Origin: Candidatus Thorarchaeota archaeon
Lineage (GTDB): Archaea; Asgardarchaeota; Thorarchaeia; Thorarchaeales; Thorarchaeaceae
Reading direction: 5' to 3'
DNA: 64,000 nt
NCBI GenBank assembly: GCA_029855935.1
Contig: JAGSHN010000025.1
Coordinates: 96,001 to 160,000 of the forward strand
Shown: piece by piece, positions 28,598 through 37,350 of the stretch
Position numbering within the stretch: position 1 is the first letter of the stretch
How the letters are laid out: every line of letters begins with the position of its first letter
Notes under the pieces: generated by a model
Database searches by the model: none
Seen by the model: only the letters and a program-made list of their open reading frames with translations
What the model was told of the DNA's origin: nothing
Program-made: the position numbers and the translations under genes

Positions 28598-29390
28598 TTG
28601 GGGCCTCGGGAAAGGTTCCACACAGCGGTCGAGCGTGAGGAGCCCGACAGAGTGCCACTGGATGTCTGGATAACTCCTGCAGCCTATGAACGCGTCCGCT
28701 ATCATCCTGGAATCAATGCGTCGGAGAGACTTGAGTGGGGAATAATGGCGCCGCTCAAGGTGTCAAAGGAGTTTCTGCACAGGCTTCACATAGACTACAG
28801 AAGTGTATACATGAATCCCTCCTCCAAGTTCAAGCCAAGACGTACCTGGATGGGAGTACGGACACGGAGTTCGGCCTCAGGGGCAAGTGGTATGGCCCCC
28901 ACTGGGAGATCGTGTATCACCCGTGGGCGGACTTCACGGAGATTAAGGAGGTGGAGGCCTACGAGTGGCCTGACCCAGAAGACCCCTCTCGTATGAAGGG
29001 CGTTGCCGATTGGGCGAGATACCAGCATGAGAAAACAGACTACGCGGTTGTAGGTATGGTAGGCGGACCTTGGGGCGCATTTGAGATCTGTGCTCACTAT
29101 ATGCGGGGATTCGGGAAGTTCCTGTTGACATGGTGGAGAATCCGAGATTCGCAGAGGCGATGATGGACAAATCCAAGCGGCTCGCCATTGAGATGAATCG
29201 TGTGTTTCTAGATGAGGTCGGGGAGTACCTTGATCTCGTATTTGTGGGGGATGACCTCGGACATCAGCACGGTCTGATAGTGAGCCCGAAGATGTTCCGC
29301 TCGATGGTGAAGCCACGAGTCAAGAGAATCTATCAGGACATCAGGCGCAGATCACCTCACGTGAAGATCCTCTATCACAGCTGTGGCGCA
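28598..29390 (+). pseudogene. UroD/MtaA-family (methylcobamide methyltransferase-like) gene, frameshifted and 3'-truncated
   Basis: EEPDRVP, YEWPDP, GDDLGHQHGLIVSPKMFR and LYHSCG are spread over three frames; similarity ends after HSCG. Confidence 0.85.
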
Positions 29391-30132
29391 CATCTCGCTG
29401 ACTATTCTGTTGGTCACCCCGCAGATGTAGACGGTCACGCGAGCGCCCTGCTGATGTGTATACTCAACCATCTCACTGAGGAATGGCTGCGAGAAGGAGC
29501 CGAAGTGCCGAGAAGAGATTATGCTGTTACTCGCCGATGGTTCTAATATGACAATGTTGTGCGCCCCGTTTACGATGAGATTCTCGACATAGGGTCGCAC
29601 CAGTTCCCCAGAGCGAGCTACTACATAGATAGCGGTGTCAAGATCCTCAATCCTCATCTCAAGAACAGGGGGCGGTCCCAAGAGATATCCAGCAAGAGTC
29701 AGAGGCCCGATGACATAGCTGCTGACAAGATGCGTTGACCCCACAGTTTGGGAGAGTATCTTGGTCGTCTCCACAAAGATGCGCAGGCGTGTCTTGTGAG
29801 TGGATGGGGGTTCGAAAGATCCAATCTCGGTAGGGTCGGCGATGGGGTGTCCTGCAACGTACGGTAACTCTCCGCTGGGGAAAACGGCCTCGGCACCGAG
29901 GCCTCCGCCTGAGCTGTCAGGTCCATCACATTGAACACGCCGTTGTAGCCTAATCTCTGTAGCGTACGCAGGAGAGCGTCTACCTGAGTCTGGGCGTCAG
30001 TCAGTATCTCCTCTGTCGAAATACCCGTCACAGAGCAAGAGAACAGTCCAAAGAAAGGCAAGACAGGGGGCGTTCAGGCTCTGAGTAAGCCAGTGCCTGC
30101 TGAATCAGCCTCAAGGGTTTCAGTTCTGACAC
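29385..30132 (-). pseudogene. MtaA/CmuA-family methyltransferase gene, frameshifted and 3'-truncated
   Basis: EPERP-VLP, MDLTAQAEA, GPLTLA, LEPSAS..IIS and YICG (expected HICG), in different frames. Confidence 0.8.
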
Positions 30133-30235
30133 TCTAGCAATCACCCGCAGTTCTTTGAGTAGACACGGTTGTTTGATAAACTGCGTCTAGGAAATTATGC
30201 CATAATTGACAGCCCATCTGGAGGCGAGACTCACA

Positions 30236-30782
30236 ATGTCCAGCGAGATTCTGGCGGAGATTCGAAGAGCGGTAGTCGACGTAAACAGAGGGCTGGCTGC
30301 GGATGGTGAGAAAAAGGAAACTGGAGGCCGAAATAGATACACTGACCATTGTCATCGAGGCCGTCATGGAAACAGTGGGCCATCAGCTGAAGAGTGGGGA
30401 GGAGGTGAAGAGAGGGACCGGGGTCATCGGGACCTGTCACGGCGACATTCACTCTCTGGGCAAGAACCTTGTCGCCTCTATGCTTGAGGCCTCTGGATTT
30501 GAGGTGGTCAACCTTGGAGAGGACGTCCCGACAGAAAAGTTCGCGACAGCGGCGACCGAGCATAGGGCGGACATCGTGGCAATCTTAGCACTGATGACGA
30601 CATCTCTGGCCGCGATGCGAGAGGTCGTTGACACAATCAGAAAACGGAGACTTCTTGTCAAGACAATGGTCGGGGGAGGACCTGCGACACCAGACTATGC
30701 TCACGCAATTGGTGCCGATGGCTATGGCCAGGATTCTGTGGAGGCTGTTCACGTGGCGAGGTAACTGCTCGGCAAGAAGTAG
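30236..30782 (+). pseudogene. Corrinoid (B12-binding) protein, degraded
   Basis: GDIHSLGKNLV (DxHxxG), LGEDVP, ALMTT, VGGG, IGADGY; frameshift near 30300, shortened cap domain, TAA at 30762 ahead of a likely true stop at 30782. Confidence 0.82.
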
Positions 30783-30852
30783 CACAGCCCGCGTAGCCCG
30801 ACCTCCCTCAGGGCCTGACACTGTGGAATGTTGCGAAGTACAGAATGCGCAA

Positions 30853-30914
30853 GAGGAGAAAGAAAAAGGGGATATCACCGCGGCCGCGAACGTGTTGACA
30901 TTCGAGCCACGGTG
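30853..30914 (-). terminator. Hairpin plus pyrimidine tract after the surface-protein gene
   Basis: caccgcggc(30876-30884)/gccacggtg(30906-30914) and an inner stem, both completed by G.U only on the minus strand; then ctttttctttctcctc. Confidence 0.62.
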
Positions 30915-30941
30915 TACCTTCATATTATGTGTGTCAGACCA

Positions 30942-33479
30942 TCACGAACGCCGTTTCGTGATGATCACGATGACGATCAGCAGCACTAGGGCACCTATGA
31001 TGATGTAGAGCAAGTAGGAGGACACTATTGCTCCCACACCGCCAGGTGCCGTAGTGGTGCCCGTGGTCGTCGCTCCACTGCTGACAGTGACTGTGACCTC
31101 GTCAGAAACAGCATAGCCAGCTGAATCAGTGACCGTGAGTCTGAATACGTAGGTCCCTGCAGACAGACCATCGACTGATATCGTGATTGGAGAGCCATCC
31201 CACTGACCACCAGCTACTACTGCTCCGTCACGAGTGACCTCAAAGGAGTCGGGATGGAGGCTGTGTGCGTCCCACGTGATCTCGTTCCCTGTCTCGCCCT
31301 CCACATAGGAGATATCGGCGGGACTGTTGACAGAGGGTGCCGTCAGAAACGCAATCTCATTGACCCACAGCTCGTACGCGTCTTCGTATCCGGAAACGTC
31401 CGAATCACTACTGAGGGCGTCTATCAAGAATGTGTTGAGGATGGTCATATTGTCGTTTCGCAGCACTACGAGAGACATATTGTCCTGAGGTGTGCTGAAG
31501 TTGCCCGCAATGGCGGTCGCATTCGGCAACACCGTCATCAGATCACCGTCATCAAGCCAATAGAGCACACTGGGGTTGAATGTTGTGGTGCCAAAGTCAA
31601 ACGGGAATGAGAATACTGGATGGCCGGCATCCCACACTTTGACCTGTACGTCATTCGACAGCGAGACACCTGTGGGCGTAGCGCCAAGCAGAGGCCAGAT
31701 CCTGTGGTCGAGATTCGACTCGACATCAAAGGTCGATAGAATCAGTCTACCACCGTTCTCAACGTGTCTTGCTAGTGGGTCGAAAAAGTTCACGCCACCA
31801 TAGTTGGGGGCATCTGCAACAACAACCGATGGCGACCACGTGTTGATTGACACGTTCAGCCTAGAACGCGTGAAGACGAGATAGAACGGCAACCGGAGAG
31901 CATTCAGCGCACGGGCAGACGGACTCACGTAGGGGTTCGGCGGAAAAGGATTGTCGGTGTAGAGAACTATGTCAGAACCGTAGGATACCAGCCAGTTCAT
32001 CACGTTGAGAGCAAACTGACCGTTCGTGCCATTACTCAGATGACTGTTGTCCATCCAATTCATATCCGCTGAGACCACAATCCGGCCGGAGCCAGCGAAT
32101 GCTGCAGCGACCGGATAGCCGCCCGAGGTATTCCACACTGGGAAGGCACTGGGACTGATCATATCCACATAGCCGTAGAAGTTACCGATTGACAGCTGTG
32201 GTGTAGTCCAGGCCTCGGTGAGAAGAGAATCAAGTGGCTCTGCCGTGTCGTAGGTATGGGCTGCAAGGGTCATGTTGACCTCTACCCCGAGTGTGGTGAT
32301 GATCCGATTGATCTGGTCAGCCTGAACAGCGAATACAGGCGAAACTCCTGATTCGGTAAGTGCGAACAGTGTGCCACCATCAGCAACCCAGTTCTGAACA
32401 GCAGTCACCTCAGCCGCCGTATAGTTGAAGTCAGGACTGACAAGAACCAATACGTCGTAGGGGGCAAGCCGCTCAGCCGTGAGATTGGCGGACGAAGTGG
32501 GGTAGAGCTTGTCAAAGGTGTGGTCTGCCGCGACCCATTTGTCACGAACATTGCTATAATAGTCGGGATAGCTTGAGAGGTTGTCCCAAGCATCGACTCC
32601 AAGGCGCGGAGAATGACTAAGGTCAAACACAATTCTGCCCTTCGGCATTGGCGCGAGCCACTCCACTGAGTCAACGACCAGGTTTCTCAGATCCACCTCG
32701 GGGGTGGTCACGTTGAGAGGAAGCTGGATGACTTTTCCGCCCCTCTCTGAGGGGTCATAGGCAACAGCTGCAGTATCAAAATCGGTGGTTGTGCTCCGGT
32801 TCAGTAGTGGAATCATTCGATTGTGATCCGCTGACTCCTTCAGCGCACTCCAGTTGAAGAGTGCATAGTCGAACCCGCCTGGCTTGATGGAAAGGCTCTG
32901 TCCAAGGACGTAGTGACGTGTCGGTGGAGCTATTGTCTTGACAGTGTAGTTGTACTGCCAGGCATAGCGCCAGGTACTCAGGTAGCCCTCGGAGCCCTCG
33001 GACTCCTGCGGCAGAATGCCGGCATAAGTGATGTAGCTGATTGCACTGTCAATACTCAGGATGCCTCCTCCTCCGAGCCAGAACTCCTTGATATATGACA
33101 CAATACTCTCTCGCGGAAGGACATCGGGGATAATCAGGACATCATAGTTGCTTGTGAGCAGCTGGTGATCCACAATATCCTCAAGTGTGATGTTGGTCAA
33201 CAGATAGCCATTGGCCTCCAACAGGTCCCACAGACCTGTGAAGTCCGGAGTGGTCAGACCAGACGTGACATAGTCAGGCCTTGTCAAGTTCGGTTCGAAG
33301 TACACTGCAACCCTCACCGTCCTTGGTGGTAGGTCCGCAGGGACTTCCTGTGTGCCTCCGTCAGGCGCGGGGCCTGCTACGATGCCGTCACTACTGTTAA
33401 ACGGCGTGACCCCGACTGGAGCCAACACAAGCGAGACTAGAAACAGAGCGCCGAGTAGCAATGGCGCTGTCTTCTTCAT
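30942..33479 (-). CDS. Large exported, TM-anchored protein with repeated GATase-like/DUF4350-like domains and an Ig/PKD-like stalk
   Basis: Signal peptide; three YDVL...W..GG.L-type units; GTYVFRLTVTD; TTTGTTT linker, TM helix, KRRS tail. Confidence 0.82.
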   Translation of the reverse strand: MKKTAPLLLGALFLVSLVLAPVGVTPFNSSDGIVAGPAPDGGTQEVPADLPPRTVRVAVYFEPNLTRPDYVTSGLTTPDFTGLWDLLEANGYLLTNITLEDIVDHQLLTSNYDVLIIPDVLPRESIVSYIKEFWLGGGGILSIDSAISYITYAGILPQESEGSEGYLSTWRYAWQYNYTVKTIAPPTRHYVLGQSLSIKPGGFDYALFNWSALKESADHNRMIPLLNRSTTTDFDTAAVAYDPSERGGKVIQLPLNVTTPEVDLRNLVVDSVEWLAPMPKGRIVFDLSHSPRLGVDAWDNLSSYPDYYSNVRDKWVAADHTFDKLYPTSSANLTAERLAPYDVLVLVSPDFNYTAAEVTAVQNWVADGGTLFALTESGVSPVFAVQADQINRIITTLGVEVNMTLAAHTYDTAEPLDSLLTEAWTTPQLSIGNFYGYVDMISPSAFPVWNTSGGYPVAAAFAGSGRIVVSADMNWMDNSHLSNGTNGQFALNVMNWLVSYGSDIVLYTDNPFPPNPYVSPSARALNALRLPFYLVFTRSRLNVSINTWSPSVVVADAPNYGGVNFFDPLARHVENGGRLILSTFDVESNLDHRIWPLLGATPTGVSLSNDVQVKVWDAGHPVFSFPFDFGTTTFNPSVLYWLDDGDLMTVLPNATAIAGNFSTPQDNMSLVVLRNDNMTILNTFLIDALSSDSDVSGYEDAYELWVNEIAFLTAPSVNSPADISYVEGETGNEITWDAHSLHPDSFEVTRDGAVVAGGQWDGSPITISVDGLSAGTYVFRLTVTDSAGYAVSDEVTVTVSSGATTTGTTTAPGGVGAIVSSYLLYIIIGALVLLIVIVIITKRRS

Positions 33480-33612
33480 ACTCAATGTTACAAACTCCAA
33501 CAATGCGCGGGTGTGGCGCTCGGAACGCTCCGTCTGAACGCTAATTAACTTGCCGATGGAGTGACTGTTCCAACAGGACGAGTGAATTCAGCCTCCTGGG
33601 GTTTCTCCAGTG

Positions 33613-34449
33613 TCACTCGGTCCCCATCTCAAGGTCCTGTGAACCGTTCGTTGTGGCATATCCCTGCGCAATGACATCGTGCTTGTGGATGCTCTCCAAC
33701 GATGTCGCCTCTGCGAACATCTCAAGCTCGCGGTCAGCGTAACGTTCCCTCGCAATCTGCAGGATGTTGCGACAGACATCCTCAACGAACTGGGGGTTCT
33801 CATGCATTGCCTTTGTGACGAACTTCTCATCTTCGAGCTTGAGGAGCGAGTACGTCCTCCCCGAGAACGACTCTTCCACTATCTCAATCATCGACCCGTA
33901 TGTCGGAATCTGGTCGATGGTACCTGTCACCCTGAGCGTTCCAATCGCCCGTTGCATATGCGTGAGCCCATCGTTGTTGGCCATACAGTGTGGACAGACC
34001 GTGTTGCCCACCACCCTGACCTCCGCACTATGGATGACGGGACAACCCTCCTCAACCACAGTGACGGCCGTGACGTCACAGACCTCCCAAGTCCGTTTCT
34101 TGGACACAGGCGTCCTGCTGGCGTACCCGAACTCGAACTCGAACTTGACCTCGCCCCTCTTGAACGGGTGCTTCTGACGCAGTGCCTCAAGAATGCGCAC
34201 CTGCAGCTGCTCGACCGACGGGTACACACTAAACTCGTCGCTGATGACTTCGGTCATCGACTCAACGAGTCTAGACATATGAACCCCTTTGAGGTCGGCA
34301 GGAAGGTCAATCACAATCTCAACCCGCGGAATCAGATGCTGTCTCAGTCCGCTGCGCTCAATTATGACGAACGTCTTCAGATTGCGCACGCCGACACGGC
34401 TGAGCCGGATCTTGTGCCTCGGCTCCTCGTTCTGTGTGTCGAAGATCAA
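33613..34449 (-). CDS. folE2: GTP cyclohydrolase, FolE2/MptA family
   Basis: RVGV, KGVHMSRL, TVCPHC, THMQR, ENPQFVED, ESIHKHD. Confidence 0.92.
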   Translation of the reverse strand: MIFDTQNEEPRHKIRLSRVGVRNLKTFVIIERSGLRQHLIPRVEIVIDLPADLKGVHMSRLVESMTEVISDEFSVYPSVEQLQVRILEALRQKHPFKRGEVKFEFEFGYASRTPVSKKRTWEVCDVTAVTVVEEGCPVIHSAEVRVVGNTVCPHCMANNDGLTHMQRAIGTLRVTGTIDQIPTYGSMIEIVEESFSGRTYSLLKLEDEKFVTKAMHENPQFVEDVCRNILQIARERYADRELEMFAEATSLESIHKHDVIAQGYATTNGSQDLEMGTE

Positions 34450-34616
34450 GTCCTTCGCCTCAAGAGGGTGATTGGTGCTCCGTTGGGGGCACGCCTCTGG
34501 GGCTGGCGCGTCGGTCTGTGCTTTTAGGTTTGCGCCATATGGAGATTCCTGTTGCCAAGCAGTGAACTGTTGCCCTCAGACCACGCGTTGGGTCGCTGAA
34601 CTCAGAAACGAACCAT

Positions 34617-35072
34617 CTAGCCAGGTGAGGCATAGCAGGCAGTAGAGCCGGGGCTCTCGCTGACGCAGACGGTCATCCTCAGGCCGGGGGCGAGTTCTAT
34701 TCGAGAGTAGATATACTCCGCCAGTAGCTCTGCGGTCGTCGCGCCAATGGGGAGAATCACACAGTCGTCAGCTGGAAAGACGTACCGCCGTCCTTGAGAT
34801 CTGACCGTCACCTCGGTCCCTTGGCTCCTGACTTCGATGACGTGGGAGTCCGCGGGGAGCAGGACTCGATGATCGAGCTCCTCACAGATAGATATGACCT
34901 GTCGCCTCAGCTCACGAAAGTCAATCACCATACCGTGCCCGTCAAGAGGACCCTCCACCTCTACAGTCACGCTGTAGTTGTGGCCGTGGAGTTTCTCCAC
35001 ACCTCTCTCGTCAGCCACAAAGTGCGCTGAGCTGAAGGACATCCTCTCATCAGTCACGACAACGGAGTGCAT
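34617..35072 (-). CDS. 6-pyruvoyl-tetrahydropterin synthase/QueD-family protein
   Basis: FSSAHF, LHGHNY, GMVIDF, LDHRVL, TTAELLA. Confidence 0.9.
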   Translation of the reverse strand: MHSVVVTDERMSFSSAHFVADERGVEKLHGHNYSVTVEVEGPLDGHGMVIDFRELRRQVISICEELDHRVLLPADSHVIEVRSQGTEVTVRSQGRRYVFPADDCVILPIGATTAELLAEYIYSRIELAPGLRMTVCVSESPGSTACYASPG

Positions 35073-35078
35073 CCTAGG

Positions 35079-36833
35079 TCACCTCAGTCCCCGCTGCATC
35101 TCGAAGAGATCAATGAGGTCCGCGACAGTCGTGGCCTGCGTCGGATTCTTGTCATCGCGAAATCGTCCGGTGAACCGGGGGAAGCGGATTGCAAGGCCCC
35201 CTGTCCCAATCTTCTCACGACCCGCAGGATGAGTCGGGCTGATTGTGACTTCATCACCTACGACCTCTACCACCAGACGTGGCTCGAACCAGACGTCCGC
35301 CTCAAGGTCAGAAACAACCCTTGGATCACGAGCGTCGAGAACATAGTCAGCAAGCCGTCGCTTGAATTCCTCAAGCATCTCATCGGTGAAGCCGGTGCCA
35401 ATCTTACACACGGTGGGAAAGGTATCCGTGTCCTCATCATACACAGCAGCAAGGATTGCGCCATACACGCCAGTCCGTTTGCCGCGACCGTGAAACGCGC
35501 CCACGACGACGAGGTCGAGGGTGTCCATCATCCCCTCCGAATAAGATGCCTTGAGCTTTATCCAGAGCCAGCTACGGGAGCCCGCCTGGTATCTTGAGCC
35601 CTCATGGACCGCCTTTGCCATTATCCCCTCGTGGCCGGTGTCGAGAGCCGTCATAAAGATCTCCCGCAGCCGTTCGGCACTGTCCGTCACCTCACCAACT
35701 GTGAGCCCTATGTCTTCGCATTTGTCGACAATCTTCTCAAGAACGGACCGCCGATCGAGCATTGGGCGGACACTGATGTCCTCGCCATCAGCATAGAGGA
35801 CATCGAAGAGGAAGACCCGAACGGGCACCTCCTTTGTCATCTCCTCGATGTCGAACTTGCGCCGACGCCGCATCAGTTCCTGGAACGGACGCGTCTCGCC
35901 TGTCCCCGGGTCGTATGCTACAACTTCTCCCTCGATGATACAGGAGCCCGTTCGCACATGGTCGCGGACATATTCCACAACGTCAGGATATTGATCGGTT
36001 ATGCGCTCCTGTCGGCGTGAGAAGAGAACAATCTCATCACCCTTCTTGTGCGCTTGGATTCTCTCTCCATCGTACTTGTACTCTACAAGTGCCCTTCCGC
36101 CGACCTTCTCCATTATCTCCTCGGGACTCGAGAGTTTCTTGGCGGCCATCATCCGTATTGGCCGACCGACCTCGATTGACACGCTACGCACAGCCTCTAT
36201 CCCCTCCTCTGCGAGGAGTCTGGCCACATATCCGAGGTCACTGCAGAGGTTGAACGCGTGCTCAATGTCAGACCTGTTGTCGCGGCTGCCGGTGAAGGCG
36301 AGCGCAAGCGAGTCTACAATCATCATATGCCCCAGACCAAGTCGGAGGCTCCCTGTGACCGTCCGCATAATGTAGCGCGCCTCCAGAGGTTGGGCCTCGG
36401 TCAGGAGACCGACAAGGAGTGACGTCTTCATCTTACTACTCCCCGAGCCCGACGCACGTGCGACAGAGTAGAGTGTGTCAAAGACCCTACTGACCGTCAG
36501 CTCCTCACTCAGGAGGGTCATCTGAACGCTGGACTTGAGGAGTTCCTCGGCGGCTGCGCCAATGTCACCCAGCCGTTTCACTACTTTCTTGACCTCGTCA
36601 TCAGGCACTGATGCGGCCTGCGCTACGACCTGTACGGCCATCTTCTCAGCAATTCCAATCTCGGGCTCGCCCTTCCAGTCCGGGAAGAGCTTTCCCAGTG
36701 TCAGAGCAATGACCTTCTCGATCTCAGAGGCCTCGGCCTCGCGCAGTAGCTCGGCAAGGATTGCAATCTTGTCGAGAGAACCGGATGTGTTCTCAATCTT
36801 CTCGTACGCCTCAGCAAGACGCTGATAGAGCAT
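35079..36833 (-). CDS. lig: ATP-dependent DNA ligase
   Basis: EYKYDGERIQ, IIEGE, FDVLY, EGIMAK, WIKLK, RFPRF..R.DK. Confidence 0.97.
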   Translation of the reverse strand: MLYQRLAEAYEKIENTSGSLDKIAILAELLREAEASEIEKVIALTLGKLFPDWKGEPEIGIAEKMAVQVVAQAASVPDDEVKKVVKRLGDIGAAAEELLKSSVQMTLLSEELTVSRVFDTLYSVARASGSGSSKMKTSLLVGLLTEAQPLEARYIMRTVTGSLRLGLGHMMIVDSLALAFTGSRDNRSDIEHAFNLCSDLGYVARLLAEEGIEAVRSVSIEVGRPIRMMAAKKLSSPEEIMEKVGGRALVEYKYDGERIQAHKKGDEIVLFSRRQERITDQYPDVVEYVRDHVRTGSCIIEGEVVAYDPGTGETRPFQELMRRRRKFDIEEMTKEVPVRVFLFDVLYADGEDISVRPMLDRRSVLEKIVDKCEDIGLTVGEVTDSAERLREIFMTALDTGHEGIMAKAVHEGSRYQAGSRSWLWIKLKASYSEGMMDTLDLVVVGAFHGRGKRTGVYGAILAAVYDEDTDTFPTVCKIGTGFTDEMLEEFKRRLADYVLDARDPRVVSDLEADVWFEPRLVVEVVGDEVTISPTHPAGREKIGTGGLAIRFPRFTGRFRDDKNPTQATTVADLIDLFEMQRGLR

Positions 36834-36870
36834 TGGTCACACTCCCAACACCTAGTTGGCGCACCACATT

Positions 36871-36880
36871 GTTTATAAAC
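36871..36880. promoter_or_regulatory. Palindromic TATA box probably serving the divergent lig and rps17e genes
   Basis: gtttataaac is a perfect palindrome about 40 nt from both starts. Confidence 0.6.
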
Positions 36881-36920
36881 GCAGCCTAGGGCGATGCTCA
36901 CTCAGTCAGCCTGAGAAACG

Positions 36921-37184
36921 GTGAAGAACTTGGGATGTATCAGACCTCGCTACATCAAGAATGCGGCCCGTGAACTGTTGATGCACTACCCAGACGAGTT
37001 TACGACCGACTTTGAAACGAACAAGCGCCTCGTCGAACAGTACACGGACGTTGACAGCAAGAAAGTGAGGAACCGTATCGCGGGCTACCTCGTCCGTCTG
37101 GTCAAGAACCGAATGCGGATAGAGGCCCAGATGGCGACCGATGAGGAGGAGATCGACACCGGCACTGATTTTGCAGCAGAGTAG
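36921..37184 (+). CDS. rps17e: 30S ribosomal protein S17e (start possibly TTG 36930)
   Basis: IRPRYIK...FTTDFETNK...SKKVRNRIAGY. Confidence 0.96.
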   Translation: MKNLGCIRPRYIKNAARELLMHYPDEFTTDFETNKRLVEQYTDVDSKKVRNRIAGYLVRLVKNRMRIEAQMATDEEEIDTGTDFAAE

Positions 37185-37350
37185 TGAGGCGTTCGTCCTC
37201 CTGCCAGCTTACAGCCGGTCCCACGTAGGGCTGCAACATCTTGTATTTGCTCACTACCCATATGGTCGCAAGATAGCATACCGTTTGCCTGCCCTGCCCA
37301 ACTCTTGCCGCTGGAGCCACATCCTGCGATGGCTACAGGCGGGAGAGAGA

